A stretch of DNA of 47,142 bases from an uncultured bacterium (GTDB lineage Bacteria; Cloacimonadota; Cloacimonadia; Cloacimonadales; TCS61). How positions within the stretch are numbered: position 1 is the stretch's first letter; the number at the start of each line of letters is the position of its first letter. The notes beneath the pieces are model-generated. The model searched no databases and had not been told where the DNA came from. It was given only the letters and a program-made list of their open reading frames with translations. Positions 28,170 to 37,152 of this stretch are shown piece after piece. A program made the position numbers and the translations under genes. The DNA lies in contig CAXCCM010000001.1 of assembly GCA_963981005.1 (NCBI GenBank), positions 1 to 47,142 of the forward strand. Reading direction: 5' to 3'.

Positions 28170-31136
28170 TTAAGTTTTATAGATAAATGAAATTCCATTT
28201 CTTCCATCCATTTTTATTACAGTTGGGTCATCTGTTTGGATATGAATAAAATGTTTTGTCTTTTCTTCAAGTGGTTGTTTTTTTAACCATTCCCAATCAA
28301 TAAAATCAGTTTGGGAATCATACGGAACGGTGAAATACCCAGTATTCATAGAGATAAGATTATGGAAGAAGTGTGTTCCTTGCGAAGCATCTACAATAAA
28401 ATCTTTCATACCAGTTTCTACTATTATTTTAGCTTTATTTATTTCATGCCATTGCACAGGAATACCTAAGAATCTATCACGTGAGCCCCATCTTCCTGGA
28501 CCTATTAATATATACTGTCTATTTAGGTCTTTCATTTTTTTGTTAAGGTAATCTATCTCTTCTTTCATCTGAAGCGTTTCTAATCTATCAAAATTATCAG
28601 GATCTATAAAGATCACATCATTAATATCGGAAATTACTCCATTACCCATTCCTGCAGATGTATAAAGAAATAGTTTATCCATTTCAAGATTATCAGAATC
28701 AATATAGATTTCATCTGTATTTATTGTGAGAGGTCTTATTTGAAGTACATAGAATGTTGGTTTAATGCCCTTTGATAAATCGCTATTCAGATTCACTGCA
28801 AATTCTATCTCTATTGGAACACCCATAGCATTTTCACCGATCTCTAAAATATCTTCACAGATTTCTGCAAGTGGGAAGTAATTATTCTTAATAATGTCGG
28901 CAAATGTAACAATTTTAGGACCATTCGGTTCAGCACCGTCAACTAATCTATCATTCTCAAAATCCCATGTAGAAATTAGATGATCTAATGCTCTATGCTT
29001 TACAACATTTCTTATTTTTAGTTGGGTTACTGCTCCCTTTTCATATTCAGTAACACAAAAATCTTTATTTTGTACATCTAATGCATATAGATCTTTCTGT
29101 GATTCACCCAATAATTCATCTTGAGAAAGAAGTTCCATTTTTGGATATTTCGGTGAAAATCTGAATGCTCTGCCACCTTCAACTATTGATTTTCCCAATC
29201 CTGCCGCTAAAGAAACTATTCCATCACTATTCTTTAAATAAGAAGTTGGATAAAAATTGTATGATTGTCCAACTCCAGAAAAATGAGGATAATAGAAACC
29301 TTCGAATTGGTCCCCAACACATTCTTGAATTATTACAGCCATTTTTTCTTCTTCAAGTTTGTAGTTAATACTTTCCAGATAATTTCTTGCAGTCTTTAAG
29401 AAAACTGATGCAAATACTAGCTTGATAGCATTTTTTATTTGTATTAATCGAATCTCATCTTCTATATTATTATTTGGAAGCATAAATGTATCATAAATTC
29501 CTGCAAATGGTTGAGATTGAGAATCTTCTAACAGCCCTGAAGAGCGGACAGCAATAGGATAATCAACCTCTTCTACAAATTCAGTTAAGATATTATTTAA
29601 CTCTTCAGATATTTTGCAATTTACAAAAACTTCTTTGATCTCAATATCACTTTTCTCTACAAGCCAAGAACCAATATTGTTATTTTCTAAAAACTTATCA
29701 TATTCACTTGTTCCTATTACAAATGTTTTAGGAATTTTTATACTTACATCATTGTATTTAGTTTCGATATCCATAGAAACAAATAGCGAATTTAAAAAAG
29801 CTAATCCTCTTGCTTTACCACCAAAAGAACCATCCGCAAGCCTAATTATACCCTCTTCTATATTCAATGCATTTCTATCATATTTAAGGATTTTCCCACG
29901 TGTTCTTACATGCTTTACCTCTTTAAATATATCTATAAGTGTCTTTCTGAAATCATTAATATCATCAAAATCATCAACGTTAATAGCTTTTAATCGTTTA
30001 GAAAACAGAAACTCGCTATGCGCTGTTAACCAGGCAGAAAAATGATTGTGAATACTGTGAAATATTAATGATTCCTTTGAGATAGTTTTTAATTTCTTTC
30101 CGAAAATCTCTAATGAACCAGCACGATCAAGTTCATTCCCATCTTGATCTCTGAATATAAAATCTCCAAATCCTAAATTTCCTAAGATAAATTTCTGCAA
30201 ATCATGTAAAAGAGTTTTAGAGTTTTTATTTAGGAAGCTAACGCCTAATTTCAGAGCATCTTTTTCATTCTCTAATTCTGATGATTGCAGTAATATTGGG
30301 CATTCCACGTTATGCATTTGCATATGCCTTATTAGTTTTATGCCAGCTTTTGGGTGGATCTTCCCTTTATAATTATATCGGATATCAGAAATAATTGCAA
30401 TCACGTTTTCTTTATATTGTTCATAAGTATTTATTGCTTCTTCAAATGTGTGACAAAGTAATACTTTGGGGCGTCCTCGCATTCGATAACGCTTATTAAT
30501 GTCATTAAGCTCCTCGCTTATAAGCCTTTGCGTTTGCTTTAGGATCTCAGAATATAGTAATGGGTGAAACATTGAATAATAATGAATTGAATCTTCTACC
30601 AATAAAACAACTCTTACATGTCCAATTTCAGTATCATTTTTCACATTCCATCTATCTTCCACATATTTTATCATTGTAAGGAATATTTTACTATCTCCAT
30701 TCCAACTGAAAACGTTATCAATATACTTCATTTCATCGCTTTCTTTGTCTATTAGTCCAACATCGTTAGAAACATTAAGCAGAAGCAGAATTGGAAGATC
30801 AGGATATCCCTTTTTGATCTTCTTACTAAGTTTAAAAGGGCTTATCTCACCTATTCGCATCATTGTAATTACTAGATCAAACTTTTTTGTTTTTAGAAGT
30901 TCAAGAGCTTGAACACCAGTTGGAACACTTGTAATTCTGGGTGCAGTACTTAAATTAAGCTGCATATATTCACCATGGATTTGTTCTGAAAGTCTTCCAT
31001 CCTGTTCAAATATATATGCATCATAAAAAGTGGATACAAGCAAGATTTCATTAACTCTTTTTTTCATTAATTCATGAAAGTTATCTTCTCCAAATTTGAA
31101 TTTATTATAATAATAATTTAGTTCTTTCAAATCCAT
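28170..31136 (-). CDS. Receiver-like + receiver + PPDK_N-type ATP-grasp protein, paralog 2.
   Basis: The protein is 988 aa and is collinear with paralog 1, roughly half identical by eye and higher at the N-terminus. It has FGGKARGLAFLN and VRSSGLLEDSQSQPFAGIYDTF. The second receiver keeps LLVEDS...IISDIRY...LLQSS...FLNK. The RBS is GAGG. Confidence 0.7.
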   Translation of the reverse strand: MDLKELNYYYNKFKFGEDNFHELMKKRVNEILLVSTFYDAYIFEQDGRLSEQIHGEYMQLNLSTAPRITSVPTGVQALELLKTKKFDLVITMMRIGEISPFKLSKKIKKGYPDLPILLLLNVSNDVGLIDKESDEMKYIDNVFSWNGDSKIFLTMIKYVEDRWNVKNDTEIGHVRVVLLVEDSIHYYSMFHPLLYSEILKQTQRLISEELNDINKRYRMRGRPKVLLCHTFEEAINTYEQYKENVIAIISDIRYNYKGKIHPKAGIKLIRHMQMHNVECPILLQSSELENEKDALKLGVSFLNKNSKTLLHDLQKFILGNLGFGDFIFRDQDGNELDRAGSLEIFGKKLKTISKESLIFHSIHNHFSAWLTAHSEFLFSKRLKAINVDDFDDINDFRKTLIDIFKEVKHVRTRGKILKYDRNALNIEEGIIRLADGSFGGKARGLAFLNSLFVSMDIETKYNDVSIKIPKTFVIGTSEYDKFLENNNIGSWLVEKSDIEIKEVFVNCKISEELNNILTEFVEEVDYPIAVRSSGLLEDSQSQPFAGIYDTFMLPNNNIEDEIRLIQIKNAIKLVFASVFLKTARNYLESINYKLEEEKMAVIIQECVGDQFEGFYYPHFSGVGQSYNFYPTSYLKNSDGIVSLAAGLGKSIVEGGRAFRFSPKYPKMELLSQDELLGESQKDLYALDVQNKDFCVTEYEKGAVTQLKIRNVVKHRALDHLISTWDFENDRLVDGAEPNGPKIVTFADIIKNNYFPLAEICEDILEIGENAMGVPIEIEFAVNLNSDLSKGIKPTFYVLQIRPLTINTDEIYIDSDNLEMDKLFLYTSAGMGNGVISDINDVIFIDPDNFDRLETLQMKEEIDYLNKKMKDLNRQYILIGPGRWGSRDRFLGIPVQWHEINKAKIIVETGMKDFIVDASQGTHFFHNLISMNTGYFTVPYDSQTDFIDWEWLKKQPLEEKTKHFIHIQTDDPTVIKMDGRNGISFIYKT

Positions 31137-31247
31137 AACAACCTCATATTTTTTTGTTAAAAGGTTTTTTGGGTTAAGTTAAGTCAAGTCATTAATGGAA
31201 TAAATTATTACCTTAGCTATGTTCTGTAAACCTACATTACCTTTTTC

Positions 31248-31279
31248 TTGACACCATTTATCTTTTTTTAGTTTAAATG
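31248..31279 (+). promoter_or_regulatory. Candidate promoter for the OMP-GT2-flippase-like operon.
   Basis: TTGACA lies at 31248..31253. It is followed by 18 nt and TTTAAA, or by 20 nt and TAAATG. The GAGG RBS is at about 31299. Confidence 0.35.
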
Positions 31280-31307
31280 ATTTGTTCAATAAATATTTGA
31301 GGTTTAT

Positions 31308-32867
31308 ATGAAAAAAATATTTGCTATTCTCATCGTATTATATTCTTTTAATGTAGTAGCATCTGAAATTGATTGGAATACAACACAGATCACTTCTCAA
31401 AGTTATTTCTCATTTTTAGAGGAAACATTTGAAGCAGATGCTTATTTAAATCCAATAGTAAAACCAGCAAATTATACGCGATCTGAGTTAGCTACATCTT
31501 CATTATCTAGTTTTAAAAATGCTGTAATAAATTTTTTCTCTAATGAGAAGATCCCGTCACACTTCCTTCATATTTATACACCTGACAAATTCTCTAAGAA
31601 ACCAGACAACAGTATTCATAATTATAACTTACCTTTTAATTCTTATTTGTATTTTAAATTGTTTACAGGTGCAGAATATTTTTCTAATTCTACCCAGAAT
31701 ACGAATTACACATACGTATATTATGGAACAAAATTATTTGCGAATATAAATAATACTCTTTATATTGATAGTTACTGGTGGACAGGGCATTTTGATGGTG
31801 ATGAAGAGTTTTTTAGAACATCTCCAATTATGGATAGCTGGTCTCAACACCCAAATGAAGATGAACAAATATCGGTGGATAATGCAAGTGGGAAAATTGT
31901 TTATAAAAAGAAATACGTTTACCTTAGTATTGGAAGAGGAAAACACATTATTGGAAATAACATTGGAGGAAGTATCATTTTAAATGATGCTTGTAACGAT
32001 TATGGATATTTTAGCGGTAAACTAGATTTTAAGAAATTCTCAATTTCTATGATGCACGGAACACTGGTTCCTGACAGTACAAATGTAGATCATCTTGGCG
32101 AACCCATCTACAAAGATTATAATGATAAATATTTAGTTGTAAAAAAGTTGGATTGGAAACCAAACACACATTTGCATTTTTATGCTGGAGAAGAGGTTGT
32201 ATACGGTGGGAGAAGTATAGATCCGAGTTATCTGCTTCCGCAAACTTTTTTGCGTGCCACAGAGCATAATTTGCAAGATAGAGACAATGTATTGGTATTT
32301 GGGGGAGTAAACTTTATACCCTTTTCTCAAAACACCTTCTATGCAAACTTTATATTAGATGAATTAAGCAGAAGTAAAATTTTCACAGATTGGTGGGGAA
32401 ACAAATATGCTATTCAAGTTGGAAATTCATATCTATTTAATTCTAAAAATAATTCTAGGATAACATTTGAGTTCACAGCTGTAAGACCTTGGTTGTATAC
32501 GCATAAAATTCTACATAATAAATACTCGCACGACGGTATTGGACTTGGATTCCCGGATGGCAGTAATCTTATACAATTTTCTAGTGAGCTTAACTATAAA
32601 TTACTTAGTTGCTTAACAGGCAATATTCATTCATCATATACTAAGCAGGGTAGCCTCGGAAATGATTTCAGTATAAATTACGAAACCAGACCTGATGATA
32701 CAGCAGATTGGCTAGAAGGTGATAAAACTGAAAAGATTGAAGTTAGAACAATTTTCAAGTGGCAACCACTTACGCATCACAGATTACTTTTTGGTCACTC
32801 AGCTTATAAGATCGATGAAAATGATATTGAGCATCAATTGAGCATAAGCTACCAGGCATCATATTAG
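31308..32867 (+). CDS. Putative outer-membrane beta-barrel protein. A Wzi-like capsule-assembly role is only a guess.
   Basis: It has a signal peptide (MKKIFAILIVLYSFNVVAS), a 519-aa Y/G/N-rich sequence with an alternating pattern, and a C-terminal aromatic residue (..YQASY). Confidence 0.5.
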   Translation: MKKIFAILIVLYSFNVVASEIDWNTTQITSQSYFSFLEETFEADAYLNPIVKPANYTRSELATSSLSSFKNAVINFFSNEKIPSHFLHIYTPDKFSKKPDNSIHNYNLPFNSYLYFKLFTGAEYFSNSTQNTNYTYVYYGTKLFANINNTLYIDSYWWTGHFDGDEEFFRTSPIMDSWSQHPNEDEQISVDNASGKIVYKKKYVYLSIGRGKHIIGNNIGGSIILNDACNDYGYFSGKLDFKKFSISMMHGTLVPDSTNVDHLGEPIYKDYNDKYLVVKKLDWKPNTHLHFYAGEEVVYGGRSIDPSYLLPQTFLRATEHNLQDRDNVLVFGGVNFIPFSQNTFYANFILDELSRSKIFTDWWGNKYAIQVGNSYLFNSKNNSRITFEFTAVRPWLYTHKILHNKYSHDGIGLGFPDGSNLIQFSSELNYKLLSCLTGNIHSSYTKQGSLGNDFSINYETRPDDTADWLEGDKTEKIEVRTIFKWQPLTHHRLLFGHSAYKIDENDIEHQLSISYQASY

Positions 32868-32868
32868 C

Positions 32869-33900
32869 ATGGATATATTTGTATTCATTTTTTCGGTATT
32901 CCTTTTAATACTTGGTTTAGGAATATTACGTTCATGGAAGATACACAATAGTAAAAAGCTAAACTATTCAATAGTTATAGCTTGCCGGAATGAAGAACAC
33001 AATCTTCCAAAATTATTTAATTCTTTAACAGGGCTAGATTACCCAATTGATAAATTTGAGATTATAATAGTTGATGATGCTTCAACAGATAACTCATTAA
33101 ATTTGATAAAAGCCTATTGTGATAAACAAATGAACGCAAGTTTCTTCCAAATAAAAGAAAAAAGTAAAAGGTACTTAGGGAAAAAAGCCGCACTTAAACT
33201 CGCTACTGAAAATGCAAAATTTGAAATACTTCTTTTTACAGATGCAGATTGTTTACTAAAAACGAACTGGATAAATTCTTATAATAATTATTTTTCAAAA
33301 GAAACAGGATTTGTTGCTGGCAGTTACGAAGTGACCGATGCGAGTAGTTTTCAAAGATTCTGCAACCAGATATCATCCGCGATCTATGCTTGTACTATCG
33401 GACTAGGATTCCCATTTAGTGCTGCAGGTGGAAATATGGCCGTGAGAAAGGATGCGTTTATTGAAGTTGGTGGATATGAGAAGATAAGAAAGAATTTAGC
33501 TGGGGATGACAAACAACTCTTAAACCTAATAGAAAGTACTTCTTGGGAGATTAGATACAATCCTGAAATTCTTGTTTCAACAAAGATAAATCCATCAAAT
33601 TCTCACCACAGAGATAAAAGGAAATATGGCAAATTTGGGATGTCCTCTCCCCTGTTCCAATTATTTTCAATCTTAATATTTTTATTCTATTTATATCTAC
33701 CATTTAGAATTCTTTTTGTTAAAGAATGGCAAAGCTTTTTGAGTTATTTTATTGGTGCATTATTATTTTGGATTGCTAATATTATTAAACATAAATTTAA
33801 ATTTGTACCAATTGATATAATTTATATTGTCATCTATCCGTACTATTTAATTTATTACTCAATATTAGGTTTATCAGGAAATTGGGAATGGAAAAATTAA
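32869..33900 (+). CDS. Membrane-anchored family-2 glycosyltransferase.
   Basis: It has an N-terminal TM segment, the motifs IVIACRNEE, IIVDDASTDNS, TDADC and GGNMAVRK, and C-terminal TM segments. Its ATG lies 1 nt after the upstream stop. Confidence 0.75.
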   Translation: MDIFVFIFSVFLLILGLGILRSWKIHNSKKLNYSIVIACRNEEHNLPKLFNSLTGLDYPIDKFEIIIVDDASTDNSLNLIKAYCDKQMNASFFQIKEKSKRYLGKKAALKLATENAKFEILLFTDADCLLKTNWINSYNNYFSKETGFVAGSYEVTDASSFQRFCNQISSAIYACTIGLGFPFSAAGGNMAVRKDAFIEVGGYEKIRKNLAGDDKQLLNLIESTSWEIRYNPEILVSTKINPSNSHHRDKRKYGKFGMSSPLFQLFSILIFLFYLYLPFRILFVKEWQSFLSYFIGALLFWIANIIKHKFKFVPIDIIYIVIYPYYLIYYSILGLSGNWEWKN

Positions 33901-34766
33901 TAAAGAATCGATATTTTTATTTTATCAAGATTATTATTACAGCCACAATATTGTATTTTATTTTTAGGAAAATAAATTTCCATCAGTTGTATCTTTCTTT
34001 CATAGATCTAAAATTATCTTATATCTTTTTAATTGTAATCACAGCTGGTATTAAAATATTTATTGAATATGTGAACTGGGGACATTTCTTAAAGATCAAT
34101 CCAGAATATAACCCAAAGAAATCGGAAATCTTCAATTCACACATGATAGGACATGCACTACGTTTCCTGATTCCTGGAGGTCATGCAGTTATTGGAAAAA
34201 TGTATTTCGTTAAGAACGAGAAGAAATTATCATTTATGTCTATTGGTATTGAAAAATTCTTCCAGATCTGGATGAATCTGTTATTTGCAAGTTTTGCAGC
34301 TATTTTCTATTTCCGACGACAATTCATTTTACCAACTATCATTGCTTTTATTTTTATTATTTTCCTTCCATTTATTATCTATCTTCTTAAACATTTAGAT
34401 AGAAAAAAAAATCTTACAATATACTTTAGGCAATACTGGAAGATAATTCCCAGAATTTTTATAATGCAGATATTGTATATGTTCATTACCATATTTCAAT
34501 ATTTTATTTTATTAAATAACTTTATTAGTTTTCACTTTTTCTCAGCTGTAGTTTCTATCCCGTTAATTTTATTCTCAAATTTAATTCCTATTACTTATGC
34601 AGGTTTAGGATTAAGAGAAAAATTTGCAATTGAGGTTCTGGCAAAATATGATATATCTTCGGAAACAGCAATAACAGTTTCTTTAACGGTGTTTATTTTT
34701 AACGTCCTTCTACCAGCACTTATTGGTTTATTTTATATTGTAAAAAGTAAAAAGAAAGAGAAATAG
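33888..34766 (+). CDS. Flippase-like / lysyl-PG-synthase-TM-region (UPF0104) family integral membrane protein.
   Basis: It is a polytopic protein with about 8 TM segments and a basic C-terminus. I place the start at ATG 33888 (AGGA, 8 nt, ATG), which overlaps the GT2 gene by 13 nt. The ORF-track start at 33882 is a TTG codon. Confidence 0.55.
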   Translation: MEKLIKNRYFYFIKIIITATILYFIFRKINFHQLYLSFIDLKLSYIFLIVITAGIKIFIEYVNWGHFLKINPEYNPKKSEIFNSHMIGHALRFLIPGGHAVIGKMYFVKNEKKLSFMSIGIEKFFQIWMNLLFASFAAIFYFRRQFILPTIIAFIFIIFLPFIIYLLKHLDRKKNLTIYFRQYWKIIPRIFIMQILYMFITIFQYFILLNNFISFHFFSAVVSIPLILFSNLIPITYAGLGLREKFAIEVLAKYDISSETAITVSLTVFIFNVLLPALIGLFYIVKSKKKEK

Positions 34767-34799
34767 TAAACGATTTATACAGCATTTCTACAAGCAAAT

Positions 34800-35822
34800 T
34801 TATACTTTTGCCTCTTCTATTCTAACCTTAACACCTTCTAAACAATTTTTACAAATATCAATTTGTTTTCGATCTGTTAATATTTGATTTCTAATTTTCG
34901 TTATATTTTTATTCTTCCAAAGTTTGCTTAAGTTTGTATCCATCACATTACCTACTTTAAAGTCTCCATCTTTATCAAAACAACAGATCGCAACTTCACC
35001 ATCCCAGTTAACAACAGCATTGGTCCAAATACGGCGGCAACGATTCTTTATCCCATATTTTAATTCAAAATTATCACCATTGATCTTATATCTGCGGTAT
35101 TTAGGGTTTGCTGGAAGATAATTTGCAATATCATCTTTAGAATATATTTGGATACTCTTAAGTTCCAGATTATCAACTTCAAGTTCTTTTGCTAATTGTT
35201 TTATTTCTTCTAATTCGTGTTCATTGTGCTTCATTACTAAAAATTGCCAATGTAATGATGGATTAGACTTTTTTAATTTCTTTTTTGCTGCAACGATATT
35301 CTTAACGTTTGTTACTACATTATCTAGTTTACCATTTATTCTGTATTTATTATAAGTTTCCTGAGTTGTTCCATCTAATGATACGATCATAGAATCAAGC
35401 CCAGAGTTTACAATTTCCTCAGCATCGTAATTGATATTCCCATTTGTAGAAACTAATGTAAATAAACCCTTATCTGAAGCATATTTGACCATTCTAGAAA
35501 AATCTTTATTCAAATATGGTTCACCTTGATTCCACAACACAACCATAAACGCAGTTTTATAAGAATCATCAATTATTTTTTTAAAAACATCAAAAGTCAT
35601 ATAACCTTTAGTTCTTTTTAAGGTTCCATTACCAGATGGGCACAATGGACACTTTAAATTACATATATTTGTAGGTTCGATCATAATTATTGGTGGAGAA
35701 CCCCAATATACAGCTCTCTTAAATATTAAGGAAATTGCGTATGATGTTATTACTTTAATTGCATTAATGAGCCTATTAAAGCTAAAACTCTTTTTCAATA
35801 ATCTAATATTTTCGTGTAACAT
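34800..35822 (-). CDS. Radical SAM protein with a SPASM/twitch-like C-terminal Cys cluster.
   Basis: The radical SAM motif is CNLKCPLCP (Cx3Cx2C). The C-terminus reads CRRIW..NWDGEVAICCFD ... CKNC. The N-terminus has a hydrophobic segment. Confidence 0.75.
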   Translation of the reverse strand: MLHENIRLLKKSFSFNRLINAIKVITSYAISLIFKRAVYWGSPPIIMIEPTNICNLKCPLCPSGNGTLKRTKGYMTFDVFKKIIDDSYKTAFMVVLWNQGEPYLNKDFSRMVKYASDKGLFTLVSTNGNINYDAEEIVNSGLDSMIVSLDGTTQETYNKYRINGKLDNVVTNVKNIVAAKKKLKKSNPSLHWQFLVMKHNEHELEEIKQLAKELEVDNLELKSIQIYSKDDIANYLPANPKYRRYKINGDNFELKYGIKNRCRRIWTNAVVNWDGEVAICCFDKDGDFKVGNVMDTNLSKLWKNKNITKIRNQILTDRKQIDICKNCLEGVKVRIEEAKV

Positions 35823-35895
35823 ATATTTATCCTTAAAGGATTTTTTGTGAAAGCAGTTCTCAATGTCAAATGAAAATCTTTATTGTTTTAGGCAA

Positions 35896-35925
35896 AACAA
35901 AAACCCTGCACAAATGCAGGGTTTT
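35896..35925 (-). terminator. Intrinsic terminator after the porin-like gene at 35942..37003.
   Basis: AAAACCCTGCA-caaa-TGCAGGGTTTT is followed on the minus strand by TTTTTGTTTTG. Confidence 0.8.
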
Positions 35926-35941
35926 CTAAAATATTTGTATA

Positions 35942-37003
35942 TTAAAAATCCATCTGAAGTTTTGTTCCGAAGTAAATTTCTGAACCTTCAACAACACCCA
36001 TTCCGTCTTCCATATCATCAATTATTCCGACTTCAGGAATTAATGATGCATTTTTATGAAGTTTTATGTTTCCTTGCAGGAATGCACTCATTCCGGTATC
36101 ATCATCAGTAAGAGCATCATTTGAAGAAATCACATATCCACCACCAGCAGTAATCTTTGTACATCCAACAGGATAAGTAATTTGAAGAAATCCACCCATA
36201 GTGACTGTATCTATTACTTCTTGATCTACATCATCCCAACCAGCACCAGCATTAGTAGATGTTACCATCCCGTAATCTGCAACATTTAAACCATAATTTA
36301 CTTGGCACTTAATAGCCACTTTATTCAAATTATATTTAATTGTTGTTGCAAATGCATATGCCATTAACGCATCATCAATACCCGATGCATCTTTGTTATA
36401 CTTACTCATGTTTAATCCAAATGTTGGATAGATACCTAAATTGCCATTTTTATAATTATAACCGAGATTAATTTTTGGTATTAACGTATCGATATTATTT
36501 GCGCCTAAATTTGCAGCATCAATTTTACTTGGATTTGAAATACTTAAATAAATACCAAGTTTATTTGTAAACTTTATCATTGGTTTTCTTCCATCATAAA
36601 ATGCACCATAACCAAATAGTAAATTTTCTGAACCGATAAGAACTGAGGTTGCTTGTGATGCAACATTTGCAGCAGTGAAGCCAGAGTATGTTTGACCAAC
36701 TAATAGATTACATCCATCTTCATTTAAAATTATTTTACCATATATTAAGCGTGTATAAACATTCCCGGAATTATGTAGACCTAACTCTACTTTTCCAATA
36801 TATTTTTCATGAAGATAATTTATTCCCATCCTACTTGTACTGCAATTTATCAGTTGCATGTCAATACGATTTTCTACACCTGTCATATCTTCATCTTTCA
36901 TTTCATACCAATACCCAAGTCTGGCACTTCCATAAAAATCTACTTTCGCAAAAGCACTTGTAAGTAGTAATCCTAATAATACAATAGCAATTAATTTTTT
37001 CAT
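35942..37003 (-). CDS. Outer-membrane porin-like beta-barrel protein.
   Basis: It has a signal peptide (..LLTSAFA), alternating beta-strand patterns, and a C-terminal ..KLQMDF ending in Phe. The RBS is GGGAGAG. The gene has its own terminator. Confidence 0.7.
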   Translation of the reverse strand: MKKLIAIVLLGLLLTSAFAKVDFYGSARLGYWYEMKDEDMTGVENRIDMQLINCSTSRMGINYLHEKYIGKVELGLHNSGNVYTRLIYGKIILNEDGCNLLVGQTYSGFTAANVASQATSVLIGSENLLFGYGAFYDGRKPMIKFTNKLGIYLSISNPSKIDAANLGANNIDTLIPKINLGYNYKNGNLGIYPTFGLNMSKYNKDASGIDDALMAYAFATTIKYNLNKVAIKCQVNYGLNVADYGMVTSTNAGAGWDDVDQEVIDTVTMGGFLQITYPVGCTKITAGGGYVISSNDALTDDDTGMSAFLQGNIKLHKNASLIPEVGIIDDMEDGMGVVEGSEIYFGTKLQMDF

Positions 37004-37102
37004 TTCTCTCTCCCTATTTTTTTATTTGATATAGTCTTTTTCTTTATTAATTAATATTTGTCAATCTACTTTTGATATGATTGATATTTGTATAATAGAA
37101 GC

Positions 37103-37130
37103 AAAAAAAAACCCCGCATTACTGCGGGGC
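37103..37130 (-). terminator. Strong intrinsic terminator after the OMP gene at 37153..38106.
   Basis: CCCCGCA-ttac-TGCGGGG is followed on the minus strand by T9. Confidence 0.85.
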
Positions 37131-37152
37131 CTGTAACTAGTATCTATACAAC

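Noticed and set aside
29614-30045. A 143-aa plus-strand ORF inside the 988-aa receiver/ATP-grasp gene.
   Set aside because: It is antisense to a gene with clear conserved motifs. Its product is S/L/I/F-rich low-complexity sequence, and there is no RBS. This is a typical shadow ORF of AT-rich DNA.
35863-36111. An 82-aa plus-strand ORF between the radical SAM gene and the porin gene.
   Set aside because: It runs through the porin terminator hairpin and then antisense into the porin coding region, and it has no RBS.
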